20,105 bases of DNA from a virus, in the UHGV virus genome UHGV-0364294; one strand, given 5' to 3'. The first letter of the stretch is position 1, and every line of letters begins with the position of its first letter. This document shows, in pieces, positions 19,772-20,105 of this stretch. The notes beneath the pieces are model-generated. The model ran no database searches, had not been told where the DNA came from, and was given only the letters and a program-made list of their open reading frames with translations. The translations under genes and the position numbers were made by a program.

Positions 19772-20105
19772 TCATCGAAGGCATTGCGTCCTGATGTACT
19801 CCTGCAAGTAGTTAACCTGCGCGGTTATCCTGTCGATTCCACTTCGGAGACGGTAATAATTGAGTTCAGCATCTGCTGTAAGTCTTGGGATTTCTCCATC
19901 GCCCATGCTGCTGGCTCCGGTCGTTGACTTTGCACAGGTGGCGGAGACTTGCAGGCGCTTACGACCAGCAGAAACATCAGCACGGAGACTTTCGATAGTC
20001 GCGTTAGCATCAGCAAGCTCCTTTGTGTATCTGGCGTCGAGTTCTGCTACATCACGTTGACGCTTCTGCATGTCAGCGATGATGTACGTGGCTTTATCGC
20101 GCTGT
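19772..20105 (-). CDS. Rz: Rz-like i-spanin, 3' portion (start lies beyond the right edge of the window)
   Basis: ...MQKRQRDVAELDARYTKELADA...LRADVSAGRKRLQV.A.C...PRLTADAE.NYYRLR matches lambda Rz (MQMRQRDVAALDAKYTKELADA...DDVAAGRRRLHIKAVC...PRLADTAERDYFTLR) as I recall it. The reading frame is open to the window end. Confidence 0.8.
   Translation of the reverse strand, partial: QRDKATYIIADMQKRQRDVAELDARYTKELADANATIESLRADVSAGRKRLQVSATCAKSTTGASSMGDGEIPRLTADAELNYYRLRSGIDRITAQVNYLQEYIRTQCLR
19825..20016 (-). CDS. Rz1: Rz1-like o-spanin lipoprotein embedded out of frame within Rz
   Basis: 63-aa ORF in an alternative frame inside Rz; MLMLTRLSKVSVLMFLLVVSAC has a signal peptide and lipobox Cys, followed by a proline-rich segment (KSPPPVQSQRPEP), like lambda Rz1. 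Confidence 0.7.
   Translation of the reverse strand: MLMLTRLSKVSVLMFLLVVSACKSPPPVQSQRPEPAAWAMEKSQDLQQMLNSIITVSEVESTG

Larger units (their letters stand above)
561..20105. mobile_element. P22-like prophage/phage late region (lysis end, packaging, head, tail/ejection, immI-like region, tailspike); window does not obviously contain either phage end
   Basis: Synteny and sizes match the P22 order 3-2-1-8-5-4-10-26-14-7-20-16-(immI)-9; several translated ORFs match P22 protein sequences as I recall them (Mnt, tailspike N-terminus, terminases, portal, scaffold, coat, gp4, gp26 N-terminus). No search was run. Confidence 0.85.

Noticed and set aside
1-20105. tRNA, rRNA, CRISPR array, IS element or integrase
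   Set aside because: No CRISPR-like spaced direct repeats, no tRNA-like conserved arms, and no transposase or integrase-like ORF were seen by inspection; a tRNAscan/Rfam run would be needed to be certain.

Overview
This window is the late (virion morphogenesis) region of a P22-like (Lederbergvirus-type) temperate podophage, most likely an enterobacterial prophage. The identification rests on gene order, protein sizes and my recollection of P22 protein sequences; no database search was run. Nearly all genes are on the minus strand, in the canonical order from right to left: end of the lysis cassette (Rz with embedded Rz1, Rz start outside the window), two small conserved ORFs, small and large terminase, portal, scaffold, coat, gp4-like, gp10-like, tail needle (gp26-like), gp14-like, three ejection proteins (gp7/gp20/gp16-like), then an immI-like accessory region, and finally the tailspike followed by a small membrane-protein gene. 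The immI-like region (about 3135-4711) is the part most worth attention. It keeps an Mnt repressor and an Mnt-operator-like palindrome but has no arc/ant and no recognisable sieA. In their place are three small genes I cannot assign to a known function: a YjzC-like small protein, an HExxH metallopeptidase-like protein and a secreted lipoprotein. This is the classic superinfection-exclusion / moron hotspot of P22-like phages, so these are the best candidates for an undescribed exclusion or defence function. Other points of interest are a mosaic tailspike with a visibly A+T-rich receptor-binding part, a long tail needle with 14-residue coiled-coil repeats, a small ORF with a (GCTCTG)5 repeat overlapping the gp4 start, and a terminator-like hairpin directly after the coat gene. 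I found no rRNA, tRNA, CRISPR array or IS element.
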